39,965 nt of DNA, taken from IMG/VR virus record IMGVR_UViG_3300017963_000208, positions 67,601-107,565 of that record; one strand, written 5' to 3'. Each line of letters begins with the position of its first letter. Within the stretch, counting starts at the first letter, position 1. The notes under the pieces are model-generated. The model did no database searches. It saw only the letters and a list, made by a program, of their open reading frames with translations, and was not told the origin of the DNA. The stretch comes from a virus. The position numbers were made by a program, and so were the translations under genes. Positions 1 to 8,047 of the stretch are shown here, piece after piece.

Positions 1-18
1 CTAAAACCAGTAGCCTTT

Positions 19-204
19 TCATTCTCCTAACCTCTCAGCCTCTTTCTTATTCATCTTATATAGAAATACATACAAAGGAACTAGTAGAGCGTCTAGAATA
101 GCCCAGTGCCAGAATCCTTTGCTGGCCATTCCTATTGCTAGGCCGCCAAACATAATAGCCATAACCAGAAAGAAACGGCTAAAGAACGTAAATTGCTTTT
201 TCAC
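19..204 (-). CDS. small membrane protein (2 hydrophobic segments)
   Basis: 61-aa ORF with two hydrophobic stretches; GAGGTGG Shine-Dalgarno-like sequence upstream. Confidence 0.6.
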   Translation of the reverse strand: MKKQFTFFSRFFLVMAIMFGGLAIGMASKGFWHWAILDALLVPLYVFLYKMNKKEAERLGE

Positions 205-212
205 CTACCACC

Positions 213-1184
213 TCACGTATTAGTGTAATATAAACTCTTATTGGTTTCTATTCTTTTATCTGAGTTCTTAGCTAGGTGTCTCTTGTCCAAGAACTCTGAA
301 AATTCCATTTTCTTAATCAGGTTGGGCTGATTGCACCAGCTAGCCAGGTCCACGTAGAAGGGGTTGTGTTCTGATTCCCAACACTTGATGTCCCGCATTA
401 AGTACGGAAGACACTGTTTACTTCTCAAATACTCTACTCTTTTGACCACATTATCTAGGGGCATATCTGGATGACAGTAAACGAAGAACTTGAGTCTCCA
501 GGGCTTTCGCCAGGAAAGGAGAGGTAGCTTTTGTTCTATTTGGGTTAGGTACCGCCAATCGTCAAAAGCAAAAATGTACTCTCCCAGATAGTTCATCTGA
601 GACAGTAAATCAGAGTTCTCCTTATCTAACAACCTTATGTCTAATCCCTGATTAAACTGACACCGTATCTTCTTATCTACTAACTCTTTCAAGATGACCT
701 TATGGTTAGGTAGAGCTAAGATATTGTTATCTAAGAACTTTACCTTCTTATGCTTAACGATACGGTCTACGTTATTGACGTGCCTAATGCCTCCCTCTTT
801 CTTAGGGACCTTACAAAACTTACACTTCCTAATACAACCTCTTGATATAAACCCATAAGAGGTATCATTCTCTGGATATAGACTATAGTCTGGGTCTAAG
901 GCTTCTACTTCTGGGGGTAACTCCACCGAAAGAGAGTGTCCAGTACCTCCAAAAATAATATTTTTACCAGTAATCCAATCCTTAGTTCCCTCGAAGATTA
1001 CACTACAGTACACTTTGTCGTGGGTATTGGGTATCCTTCTTGTCTTCTTCTTTCTTGAGGGATAGTAGGGGATATGGAGCTGACGTAGACGAACTTCGTC
1101 CCCCAGGGCTTTGTGATAGGTAGAAAGCTTCATCAGAGCCAGGTTCGGAATAGTTGAATCCGCATCTACCAACAGGACTCTCAC
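213..1184 (-). CDS. radical SAM superfamily protein
   Basis: SRGCIRKCKFC is the CxxxCxxC [4Fe-4S] motif, followed by FLDNN and NQGLDIRL; N-terminal IPNLALMK segment. Confidence 0.85.
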   Translation of the reverse strand: MRVLLVDADSTIPNLALMKLSTYHKALGDEVRLRQLHIPYYPSRKKKTRRIPNTHDKVYCSVIFEGTKDWITGKNIIFGGTGHSLSVELPPEVEALDPDYSLYPENDTSYGFISRGCIRKCKFCKVPKKEGGIRHVNNVDRIVKHKKVKFLDNNILALPNHKVILKELVDKKIRCQFNQGLDIRLLDKENSDLLSQMNYLGEYIFAFDDWRYLTQIEQKLPLLSWRKPWRLKFFVYCHPDMPLDNVVKRVEYLRSKQCLPYLMRDIKCWESEHNPFYVDLASWCNQPNLIKKMEFSEFLDKRHLAKNSDKRIETNKSLYYTNT

Positions 1185-1603
1185 TTCCCTCTCCTTTTCT
1201 TATCTCTAGCCCTCCACTCCTTAATCTCAAAATACCTATCCTCAGACTTATAGAACTCTTCTAATTCGTCTAATTTTTCTTGGTACTTATCTTCACAATC
1301 AGGACAGTGCTCTACTACTTTTCGAGCTACAATCCCTATATCCTGCCACCACATATCACTTCCGGTAGCCACTTCATAACACTGGTTATATACGTCTAAA
1401 AACTTCTGTGGGTCTAGGTTAGGACCTATATGAAAGGCCAGACAACTAGCATCTTCAGCTCTCAGAGCCTTATAATAACTAACCACCTCCCCGAAGTGGG
1501 CGAAATCGACCCCCGGAAGTCCTACCGAAGGATTGTCAGAGTCCCAGACCAGCTCATAAGGCTTAACCATATAATTAGGAGTGTAAATTACTATTTCTCT
1601 CAT
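1181..1603 (-). CDS. hypothetical protein
   Basis: 140-aa ORF with 4-nt overlaps on both sides; contains CxxC. Confidence 0.6.
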   Translation of the reverse strand: MREIVIYTPNYMVKPYELVWDSDNPSVGLPGVDFAHFGEVVSYYKALRAEDASCLAFHIGPNLDPQKFLDVYNQCYEVATGSDMWWQDIGIVARKVVEHCPDCEDKYQEKLDELEEFYKSEDRYFEIKEWRARDKKRRGK

Positions 1604-2034
1604 TGACCAGTGCTCCCAAACCCTCCCGAACCTCTTCGAGTAGGATTAAGATTTTCAACCTCTTTAATAGCTAACGGCCTAGAAACCTTAGCCAATATCA
1701 ATTGAGCAATTCTAGTACCTGGTTCTAAGGGAACTTCATTATGACATGCAGTAGTTAGGAGTACTTTAATCTCTCCTCTATAATCAGAATCAATGGTGCC
1801 CGGAGAGTTAACTACCATAACGCCACGGTCTCTAGCCAGTCCTGACCTAGCTCTCACCTGGAGTTCATACCCCTGTGGTATTTCAACTGCTAAACCAGTG
1901 GAAACTTCTGTTACCCTCCCATGACCAACCATGGTGTGTTTTAGATTACAAATATCCATTCCCGAAGCTCCCATAGATTTATACTCCGGAATCTTGGCTT
2001 CTGGGTCCAACTTTTTAAAGCATAGAATTGCCAT
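1600..2034 (-). CDS. dut: trimeric dUTPase
   Basis: Motifs SGMD, RSG, GTIDSDYRGE, RIAQL, RGSGGFGSTG. Confidence 0.97.
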   Translation of the reverse strand: MAILCFKKLDPEAKIPEYKSMGASGMDICNLKHTMVGHGRVTEVSTGLAVEIPQGYELQVRARSGLARDRGVMVVNSPGTIDSDYRGEIKVLLTTACHNEVPLEPGTRIAQLILAKVSRPLAIKEVENLNPTRRGSGGFGSTGQ

Positions 2035-2129
2035 TCCTAACCTCTTAAAAATAGTCCTCTCAGAACAGGTAAACGCAATATTTGGGGGCTATTTTGAGCT
2101 AAAACAGGTCAACCCACCCCCAGGTATAC

Positions 2130-2336
2130 CTACTTTTTCTTAATGAGCATCCGACAAGCAGTTAACTCATTGTTTTTCTTAGTTCTTCCGACTATAATCT
2201 TGTGTCCTCCCGCTACGTTAACCGTCTGGAAATCATCGGGTTTAAAATCGTCTGATTTGATTCCTGGGAAGGAGTAGTGTAAATAGTTATCGGTCTCATG
2301 GACCAGCTCTAATTCGTCTTTTCTACGTCTAGCCAT
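2130..2336 (-). CDS. hypothetical protein
   Basis: 68-aa ORF overlapping the end of the upstream 2329..3006 ORF; AGGA upstream. Confidence 0.55.
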   Translation of the reverse strand: MARRRKDELELVHETDNYLHYSFPGIKSDDFKPDDFQTVNVAGGHKIIVGRTKKNNELTACRMLIKKK

Positions 2337-3006
2337 TGTTATTTTCCTTCTTCTGCTCTTTTAATTCTTTCTCCGATCCAACCCACGACTTGAGGGACAA
2401 CTGAGTTACCGAGGCATTTAAGTCGGTCCACCCTAGAGGATACCCCTGAAGCCACTCGACCCACGTTGGGCTCAGACTTCCACCAGCCGATGGATTGGAT
2501 TCTTTTACTGCTGTCTGTAGATTTGGTCCTCCCTCTCTGCCACTTCTTCCCGGCCCTGTATGGCAATTGGCATGAGGAGTAGGCCATAAGTTCTTCTTCG
2601 CCATTGTCTGTAGGCTGTGTCTGACTTTGCCCGTTCTTCCTGCTCCCCCTCCCTGATTTGAGCCGTAACTCCTCGCCGTGGGAGTAGGCAACAATCCAGA
2701 TGCGGTCCCTCTGGTGAGGCGCACCAAAGGCGGAAGCTGGTAAACATTGCCATTCAACAGTATACCCGCTCTCGGCAAAGAACTTGAGTATTTCTTTAAG
2801 TCCCCTTTTTTTAAGTGTGGGCACATTTTCCAAGAGGACCCACTTAGGCTTGCAATCTTCAATGAGTCTTGCGAGTTCCCACCAAAGACCAGACCGATCT
2901 CCTCCGAGTCCTCCTCCCTTTCCTGCACAGGAGATGTCTTGGCAGGGGAATCCACCACAGAGGATGTCTGCTCCTTTGATATCTTTGACCTCTTTAATGT
3001 CGCCAT
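2329..3006 (-). CDS. putative overlapping second (beta-like) subunit of the C5 methyltransferase
   Basis: 225-codon alternative-frame ORF with ATG and GGAG upstream; carries LLPTP/LWPTP repeats and LSPTWVEWLQGYPLGWT (motif IX-like). Confidence 0.65.
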   Translation of the reverse strand: MATLKRSKISKEQTSSVVDSPAKTSPVQEREEDSEEIGLVFGGNSQDSLKIASLSGSSWKMCPHLKKGDLKKYSSSLPRAGILLNGNVYQLPPLVRLTRGTASGLLPTPTARSYGSNQGGGAGRTGKVRHSLQTMAKKNLWPTPHANCHTGPGRSGREGGPNLQTAVKESNPSAGGSLSPTWVEWLQGYPLGWTDLNASVTQLSLKSWVGSEKELKEQKKENNNG

Positions 3007-3151
3007 CTAAGTTCTCTCCAAATCTCTTCTTATAAACCTGGCGGGCGTACCCGTCAATCTCACAGCCCCCAACGCACTCAAACCCCACGCTCTCTAGGCC
3101 TAGCCTGAATCCTCCGATGCCAGCAAAAGCATCATAAAACGTAAGGGTCAT
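2339..3151 (-). CDS. C5-cytosine DNA methyltransferase, main (alpha-like) polypeptide
   Basis: Motif I FAGIGG, IV GFPCQ, VI LENV, VIII QRDRIW, X LGNSVVP; no recognisable motif IX in this frame. Confidence 0.92.
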   Translation of the reverse strand: MTLTFYDAFAGIGGFRLGLESVGFECVGGCEIDGYARQVYKKRFGENLDGDIKEVKDIKGADILCGGFPCQDISCAGKGGGLGGDRSGLWWELARLIEDCKPKWVLLENVPTLKKRGLKEILKFFAESGYTVEWQCLPASAFGAPHQRDRIWIVAYSHGEELRLKSGRGSRKNGQSQTQPTDNGEEELMAYSSCQLPYRAGKKWQRGRTKSTDSSKRIQSIGWWKSEPNVGRVASGVSSRVDRLKCLGNSVVPQVVGWIGERIKRAEEGK

Positions 3152-3393
3152 TATGTAAACCTCTTTACAGACTTCATGGTTTCTAAAACCTGAACTTTAA
3201 AGTAATCTTCATCTTCTAAAGCCTCTTTACTCCATAGTCTTGTGGCTACCTCATTTTCTCCATCAAACTGTACTGTTACTAAATACGCTTGTGATTCATA
3301 TTTGAATCCAAGAACAGTAAATCTAGCCCACCTATCTGGACCAGTTCCTAACATATTCAGAACTGTTCCTTTTGTATATTTAGGCTTTTCCAC
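3151..3393 (-). CDS. small SH3/KOW-like protein with shared C-terminal tag
   Basis: N-terminal PKYTKGTVL; ends VQVLETMKSVK. Confidence 0.65.
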   Translation of the reverse strand: MEKPKYTKGTVLNMLGTGPDRWARFTVLGFKYESQAYLVTVQFDGENEVATRLWSKEALEDEDYFKVQVLETMKSVKRFT

Positions 3394-3634
3394 TTTTCCT
3401 AGATCTCATAGTTTTTATGGTACACACTGAAAAGATAGTACTTTCTATATAACCAGCCGCAAACTTCTCAACTCCGCTATAGTCTCCCCTCTCTCCCATC
3501 ATTTCTACCTTATAGACGTACTCATCCTCTAGACACTCAAGTATATGAAAGTACTTACAAGGAGACCCATCAAGGGCGTGCTTAAACTCCAAAACAGTAC
3601 CTTTAGGATATTTTAACTTAAAACACGTTTTCAT
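3380..3634 (-). CDS. small SH3/KOW-like protein with shared C-terminal tag
   Basis: LKYPKGTVL; ends VCTIKTMRSRK. Confidence 0.65.
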   Translation of the reverse strand: MKTCFKLKYPKGTVLEFKHALDGSPCKYFHILECLEDEYVYKVEMMGERGDYSGVEKFAAGYIESTIFSVCTIKTMRSRKSGKA

Positions 3635-3905
3635 CTTTAATATTCTTCATAGTTTTTATTACGTCTACCGAACATCGTTCTTCTAGAAACTCTCTAGGAA
3701 CTTCCTCAACCTTTTTCTTTTCCTTTACCTGACCATTAAGTGTTTTCAGTATGTTAACTATGTAGTTCTCTCCAGCTTCGTCGAACGCCACAATTTCTAT
3801 AAGAATACAAAAGTCAATCAGGGTGGGCTTGTATCTCTGCCTAGTTACTAGATTTTCCAAAGGCATTTTGAGCACTTGTCCCGGTAAGTATTTGGGCTCT
3901 TTCAT
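3618..3905 (-). CDS. small SH3/KOW-like protein with shared C-terminal tag
   Basis: Start reassigned to MKEPKYLPGQVL (ATGA overlap with upstream gene); ends VDVIKTMKNIK. Confidence 0.65.
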   Translation of the reverse strand: MKEPKYLPGQVLKMPLENLVTRQRYKPTLIDFCILIEIVAFDEAGENYIVNILKTLNGQVKEKKKVEEVPREFLEERCSVDVIKTMKNIKDENVF

Positions 3906-4123
3906 GTTTTCCTGTTTTTCATGGTTCTTATTATGTTGGGCTTGAAAATCTCTTCCAAAGTTTCTTCGTTCCAGCCCCGTCTTACTGCCTCTCCCCAAAA
4001 AGTCCGGCACTTACACTTATAAATACCTCTGTGAGGCATAACTTCGTAGATTCTTACGTGCTGTATGTCATTGTCCCAACGTTTTTCTTTGGCTATGAAA
4101 CAGTCTCCTACTTTGTACCGCAT
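3902..4123 (-). CDS. small SH3/KOW-like protein with shared C-terminal tag
   Basis: RYKVGDCF; ends PNIIRTMKNRK. Confidence 0.65.
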   Translation of the reverse strand: MRYKVGDCFIAKEKRWDNDIQHVRIYEVMPHRGIYKCKCRTFWGEAVRRGWNEETLEEIFKPNIIRTMKNRKT

Positions 4124-4620
4124 TTCAATAACCTGATATACTTAGTTAAGTACTTGATTTTTATCTCATCTAGGTTTATCTCAAAATGCAGTTCAAAATT
4201 GAACTCCCCTATCCGGTGTATAGCGTTACTACCCAAGGTATGATGGTCAGCACAAAGAGGAATACAAGAGTAATCTGAGCCCTTAGTGCCCATTCCGCCC
4301 ACGTCCGTGTGGTGGGGATGAGAACCTTCTATGCCACACACGCAACAGGGCTGTGAACGGATGAACTCAAGATAATGGTCGTCCTTCTCTCTGGTCTTTT
4401 TCTTCTTGTAGACCCTGGACTCCCCTATGTCTACCTCTACCTTTTTGGGAAGGAAACGTTTATAATCAAACTCCTGTTCCTCTGGCTCAGGCATTTCAAC
4501 AGTCTCGTTCTTATACAAAAGATAGCACGTTTGACCACAAAAGTAGTGCAACCCATGCCTAAAGGTTTTGTGGGCCGCTACTACTTGTCCGCAGTATTTA
4601 CACCTTGTTTTCAGAGCCAT
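4108..4620 (-). CDS. DUF968-like / HNH-type zinc-binding protein with extra N-terminal Zn finger
   Basis: YLEFIRSQPCCVCG...HH...GMGTK..D...IPLC..HH...H; N-terminal CxxC...CxxxC; directly downstream of recA. Confidence 0.7.
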   Translation of the reverse strand: MALKTRCKYCGQVVAAHKTFRHGLHYFCGQTCYLLYKNETVEMPEPEEQEFDYKRFLPKKVEVDIGESRVYKKKKTREKDDHYLEFIRSQPCCVCGIEGSHPHHTDVGGMGTKGSDYSCIPLCADHHTLGSNAIHRIGEFNFELHFEINLDEIKIKYLTKYIRLLKCGTK

Positions 4621-5575
4621 TAAGCTCCTCCATCACTTGAGTTAACCACTCTTCGTTGTTGGCTAGAGTCTCACAAGCATTGTTTCTACCTTGACCCAAC
4701 TTCTCCCCTTTATAGGAATACCAAGCTCCTGCCTTGTCTACAATCTTGTTGCTTACGGCCAAGTCAAACAAATCACCAATAATATCAACACCTTTGCCAT
4801 AGAGTAAATTAAACTTGGCTAAAGTGCCAGGAGCTGACAATTTGTTCTTCTTAACAACTACCTTCATTTCGTGGCCTATAACACTATCACTATTCTTTAG
4901 CTGCTGTACTCGGCGGACATCCAACCGCATAGTGGCATAATATTTCAATGCATTACCACCAGTAGTAGTTTCTGGGTTACCAAACATAACTCCTATTTTC
5001 ATACGTAGTTGGTTAATCCAGATAAGAGAAGTGTTGGTCTCACTTAGGATAGAAGTGAGCTTCCTACAGGCTTGGGACATTAACCGTGCAGTCAAACCTA
5101 TATGAGATTGGCCCATATCACCTTCTATCTCTGCCTGGGGGGTTAAAGCAGCAATGGAATCCAAAACGATTACACTGACTTTTCCACTTTTAGCCAAATA
5201 CTCAATAATACCCAGAGCCTTTTCTGCCGTGTCTGGTTGAGAGATAAGTAACTCTTCTACATTAACACCGAGGATTTCTGCCAAACTTAGGTCTAAAGAG
5301 TGCTCTGTGTCCACGTAGGCTACCACGCCTCCCTGTTCTTGAGCCTGGGCTGCCACATAAAGAGCTAGGGTGGTTTTACCCGTAGACTCAGGCCCGAAAA
5401 TCTCAATCATACGCCCTCGGGGGATACCACCAATACCCAGAGCTTTATCTAAAGACATAATACCAGTGGGGATAACATCTACGTCGGTACGGGTATCTTC
5501 CCCATATAATAGAACAGAGCCTTCACCAAAATGCTTATTGGCAGCTTTCTGTAGGTCTTTTAAGTCCTTGCTCAT
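4598..5575 (-). CDS. recA: RecA recombinase
   Basis: GPESTGKT Walker A, SQPDT, ARLMSQA, INQLRMKIGVMFGNPETTTGGNALK. Confidence 0.98.
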   Translation of the reverse strand: MSKDLKDLQKAANKHFGEGSVLLYGEDTRTDVDVIPTGIMSLDKALGIGGIPRGRMIEIFGPESTGKTTLALYVAAQAQEQGGVVAYVDTEHSLDLSLAEILGVNVEELLISQPDTAEKALGIIEYLAKSGKVSVIVLDSIAALTPQAEIEGDMGQSHIGLTARLMSQACRKLTSILSETNTSLIWINQLRMKIGVMFGNPETTTGGNALKYYATMRLDVRRVQQLKNSDSVIGHEMKVVVKKNKLSAPGTLAKFNLLYGKGVDIIGDLFDLAVSNKIVDKAGAWYSYKGEKLGQGRNNACETLANNEEWLTQVMEELNGSENKV

Positions 5576-5934
5576 TATGATCCCTTTGAAACTGTACGTT
5601 CAGTTGCCATAATACTTCTACGTGCCTCAAATGCGTTTGACCAAGCATCCATGTTGTTCTTGGCTTCTAACATCTTTGAAGTAGCGTCATTGTAGTCGTC
5701 TATAAACTGTTTCCAGTCTTTACTAGCATAAGCTGCTTCTTCTAAATCATCTCTTGTCCAGGTTTTCTTACCACTGGGAGGAGTAGTTTGTCGGATAGTC
5801 TGCTTAATCGTAGCCAATTTATGTTTCTCTCCCACCTGAAACCGGTGGTGAAGAGTCTTAGCAGCTACCCACTTCTCCCCAGCCTTGAAGAGCTTGTCTA
5901 CAATTTCTTCTATGCTTAGAACTTTATCCGCCAT
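5575..5934 (-). CDS. hypothetical helical protein (possibly recombination-associated)
   Basis: 119-aa helical ORF translationally coupled to recA; function inferred from position only. Confidence 0.6.
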   Translation of the reverse strand: MADKVLSIEEIVDKLFKAGEKWVAAKTLHHRFQVGEKHKLATIKQTIRQTTPPSGKKTWTRDDLEEAAYASKDWKQFIDDYNDATSKMLEAKNNMDAWSNAFEARRSIMATERTVSKGS

Positions 5935-6340
5935 TGGTCATTACTCCTACGAAAATATTTAAGATATTCCACAACACCACTATAGATAGTAGGTAGGTGG
6001 CGTATCTTAACACAAGGTATCGTTTTTTCCTTATAAAATAAAGGGTTACTAAAATTCCTATTAATAGTTTAACTACTATGAACCAGATAGGTCCGGCCTC
6101 CAGTAGAGCTTTCATAAGAGGGTTTACCTCTATAGCCCCTAAATGCATGGTGGCCATTAAAGTTAGTAATGCATCAGCAACATTAAAGTAGTTGAATCCG
6201 AAAACCCAAATCCGTCTATTTCTTGCTTCTTTTTCGTTTTGCGCTTTTACCTTTGATTCTAAACTCCGACCAAAAGACCTTACCCTCTTGTACCAATTTT
6301 TTAATCTTTTTTTGATTGTATGATAGATGGCTTTTACCAC
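5924..6340 (-). CDS. DUF5658-like membrane protein
   Basis: N.AD..LT......GA.EVNPLM followed by TM helices; start uncertain (GTG at 6340 has GAGG upstream). Confidence 0.65.
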   Translation of the reverse strand: MVKAIYHTIKKRLKNWYKRVRSFGRSLESKVKAQNEKEARNRRIWVFGFNYFNVADALLTLMATMHLGAIEVNPLMKALLEAGPIWFIVVKLLIGILVTLYFIRKKRYLVLRYATYLLSIVVLWNILNIFVGVMTNGG

Positions 6341-6764
6341 TTTTTACCTCTATGAAGTAGATGCCTTCGTCCTCAAAGGCAATATAATCAATAGGTTGTC
6401 CCAACCATTTCATGTTTCTTGGGTTGTACTTATCCATCATTAGTGGGGCTAAATGTTCTACTACGTGCCCCGTGCGAATCTCTGAGCTTTTCTTCATGCT
6501 CAGTATTTTTCGATTGTTCTCCACCTCTTGTTCTAATAGAGCCTGTTTTTCTTTTAGCTGTCTACTGTTATTATCTAGCTCTTTTTCTTTTCCACCAAGG
6601 AGTGTCTGCAAGCCTCCAACGGTTTCCCGTAATGTGCCGACTTCATACCTTAGTTGGTTATTTTCATTTTCTAAATGAGATGGAGAAGATCGCCTTAGTA
6701 TCAGAGATGCGATTAGGCCTAAAAGAAAACCTACCGCCAAAACTCCTACAGTTTCTAGTAACAT
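6216..6764 (-). CDS. membrane-anchored archaeal Holliday-junction-resolvase-like endonuclease (Endonuc_Holl-like)
   Basis: N-terminal TM, coiled coil, then GQPIDYIAF..IYFIEVKSG.S.LS..Q..IK (PD-(D/E)XK). Confidence 0.8.
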   Translation of the reverse strand: MLLETVGVLAVGFLLGLIASLILRRSSPSHLENENNQLRYEVGTLRETVGGLQTLLGGKEKELDNNSRQLKEKQALLEQEVENNRKILSMKKSSEIRTGHVVEHLAPLMMDKYNPRNMKWLGQPIDYIAFEDEGIYFIEVKSGKSHLSYNQKKIKKLVQEGKVFWSEFRIKGKSAKRKRSKK

Positions 6765-6773
6765 CTTCTCTCC

Positions 6774-7163
6774 TTAATTTGCTGCTCCTAACGCAAATCC
6801 GGCCCCCACCGTAAGGCCAATACCCAACAGTAGATAGAAAAATCTATTTCTATTTAAGGCCTTAGTGGTTTTAAGTAAGCTATTCTCGGTTTCTTCCCAA
6901 GCTGTCTTGTAGCGTTCTTCAATTTCTATATGAAACTTTATCTGGTCCTGGTAGTTCAAAATCAGATTGTCCTTGAGTTGTATCTGCTGTTTCAAATATT
7001 TTAACTCAATTAAGTCTGTCCTGAGCTTCTGCTCCTGGTCTATCGTGAACAGGTAGCCATCATAAGGAGCGGGTTCTCCTTTTTTGAGCTTGACAGGTCC
7101 TCCCGCAAACGCGGAGGTACTGACCATGAAGAACAACGCAATTGTAGCAATTAACTTCTTCAT
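6774..7163 (-). CDS. exported coiled-coil protein with C-terminal TM (spanin-like candidate)
   Basis: Signal peptide ending SAFA, GEPAPYDG motif, coiled coil, C-terminal hydrophobic helix. Confidence 0.55.
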   Translation of the reverse strand: MKKLIATIALFFMVSTSAFAGGPVKLKKGEPAPYDGYLFTIDQEQKLRTDLIELKYLKQQIQLKDNLILNYQDQIKFHIEIEERYKTAWEETENSLLKTTKALNRNRFFYLLLGIGLTVGAGFALGAAN

Positions 7164-7164
7164 A

Positions 7165-7767
7165 TTATTTACCTTTTAGTAGAATCCCTAACATTTTATC
7201 CGCCTTTTCTACTTTTGTTCTGTTCTTGTAAGTTAAAGTCATGGTTAGTTCAGCGTTAGACTGACCCAGGTCTATGGTATATATTCCATTGTCTCTGGGG
7301 GCAAAGGATAACTCACTAATTACACAATCTTCCAGAGTGTATAAATACTGTTTAGTATCCTTATTTTCTACTACATGGATTGAGCCTACCTTTTGGCCTA
7401 TGGTTAGGTTATCGAAGTCTATGTTATCCACGTTGAATCTTACAGTTTTTTCCTGGGCAGTTTCGGTAATAAGCATACCACTGGGATGTACAGTAGGAAA
7501 ATCATCGGCCATAATATACAACTCAAACCTGGGACTAAGGCTCCAAGTATTTGTGATATTTGTGGTTATGTTAGTATGCACGGGGTTCAATGCTCCATAG
7601 TTGCCGGGAGAACTGTATGTCTGGTTATTGGGAATTGTGTGGGTGTGGTTGTTGGTTACTCCCGTATTACCCGCCGTGCTTCCGCTACTTTTGGGGGCAG
7701 AAGTACCACTAGAGCCTCCAATAGAAAACCAGTTTCTGACATTAAACTTACCCACTGAAATATCCAT
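7165..7767 (-). CDS. hypothetical protein; low-complexity N-terminus, beta-rich C-terminus
   Basis: 200-aa ORF coupled to neighbours; S/T/N/G-rich first ~70 aa. Confidence 0.6.
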   Translation of the reverse strand: MDISVGKFNVRNWFSIGGSSGTSAPKSSGSTAGNTGVTNNHTHTIPNNQTYSSPGNYGALNPVHTNITTNITNTWSLSPRFELYIMADDFPTVHPSGMLITETAQEKTVRFNVDNIDFDNLTIGQKVGSIHVVENKDTKQYLYTLEDCVISELSFAPRDNGIYTIDLGQSNAELTMTLTYKNRTKVEKADKMLGILLKGK

Positions 7768-8047
7768 CCCAAAAGTCTTTAATTTCTTCCTCTGTAGCTT
7801 CCTTCGCTTTCTTCTTTTCTTCTCTCATTTTTTCCGCTAACTCAACTAACTTATCTTCTTCTGCTGCGGCTTCTTCTTCCGTTAGATGTAATTTGTCCTT
7901 GATCTCCTTTACATCATCCTGAACTTTCTTCTTCCTGAGAAGAGATTTGAGGTTTGCTATGGTATTCTGGTCCCGAAGAACCATGGCTACAAAGATAATA
8001 GCCAAACCAATCACCCCAATCCAAAAATACTCTTTAATTTTGGACAT
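7748..8047 (-). CDS. N-terminal TM plus coiled-coil protein (i-spanin-like candidate)
   Basis: One N-terminal TM followed by a charged helix. Confidence 0.55.
   Translation of the reverse strand: MSKIKEYFWIGVIGLAIIFVAMVLRDQNTIANLKSLLRKKKVQDDVKEIKDKLHLTEEEAAAEEDKLVELAEKMREEKKKAKEATEEEIKDFWDGYFSG

Noticed and set aside
1003-1230. Alternative-frame minus-strand ORF inside the radical SAM gene (likewise 2505..2753, 18125..18313, 23846..24040)
   Set aside because: These are short and nested with no motif. Unlike 2329..3006, they supply nothing missing from the host gene.
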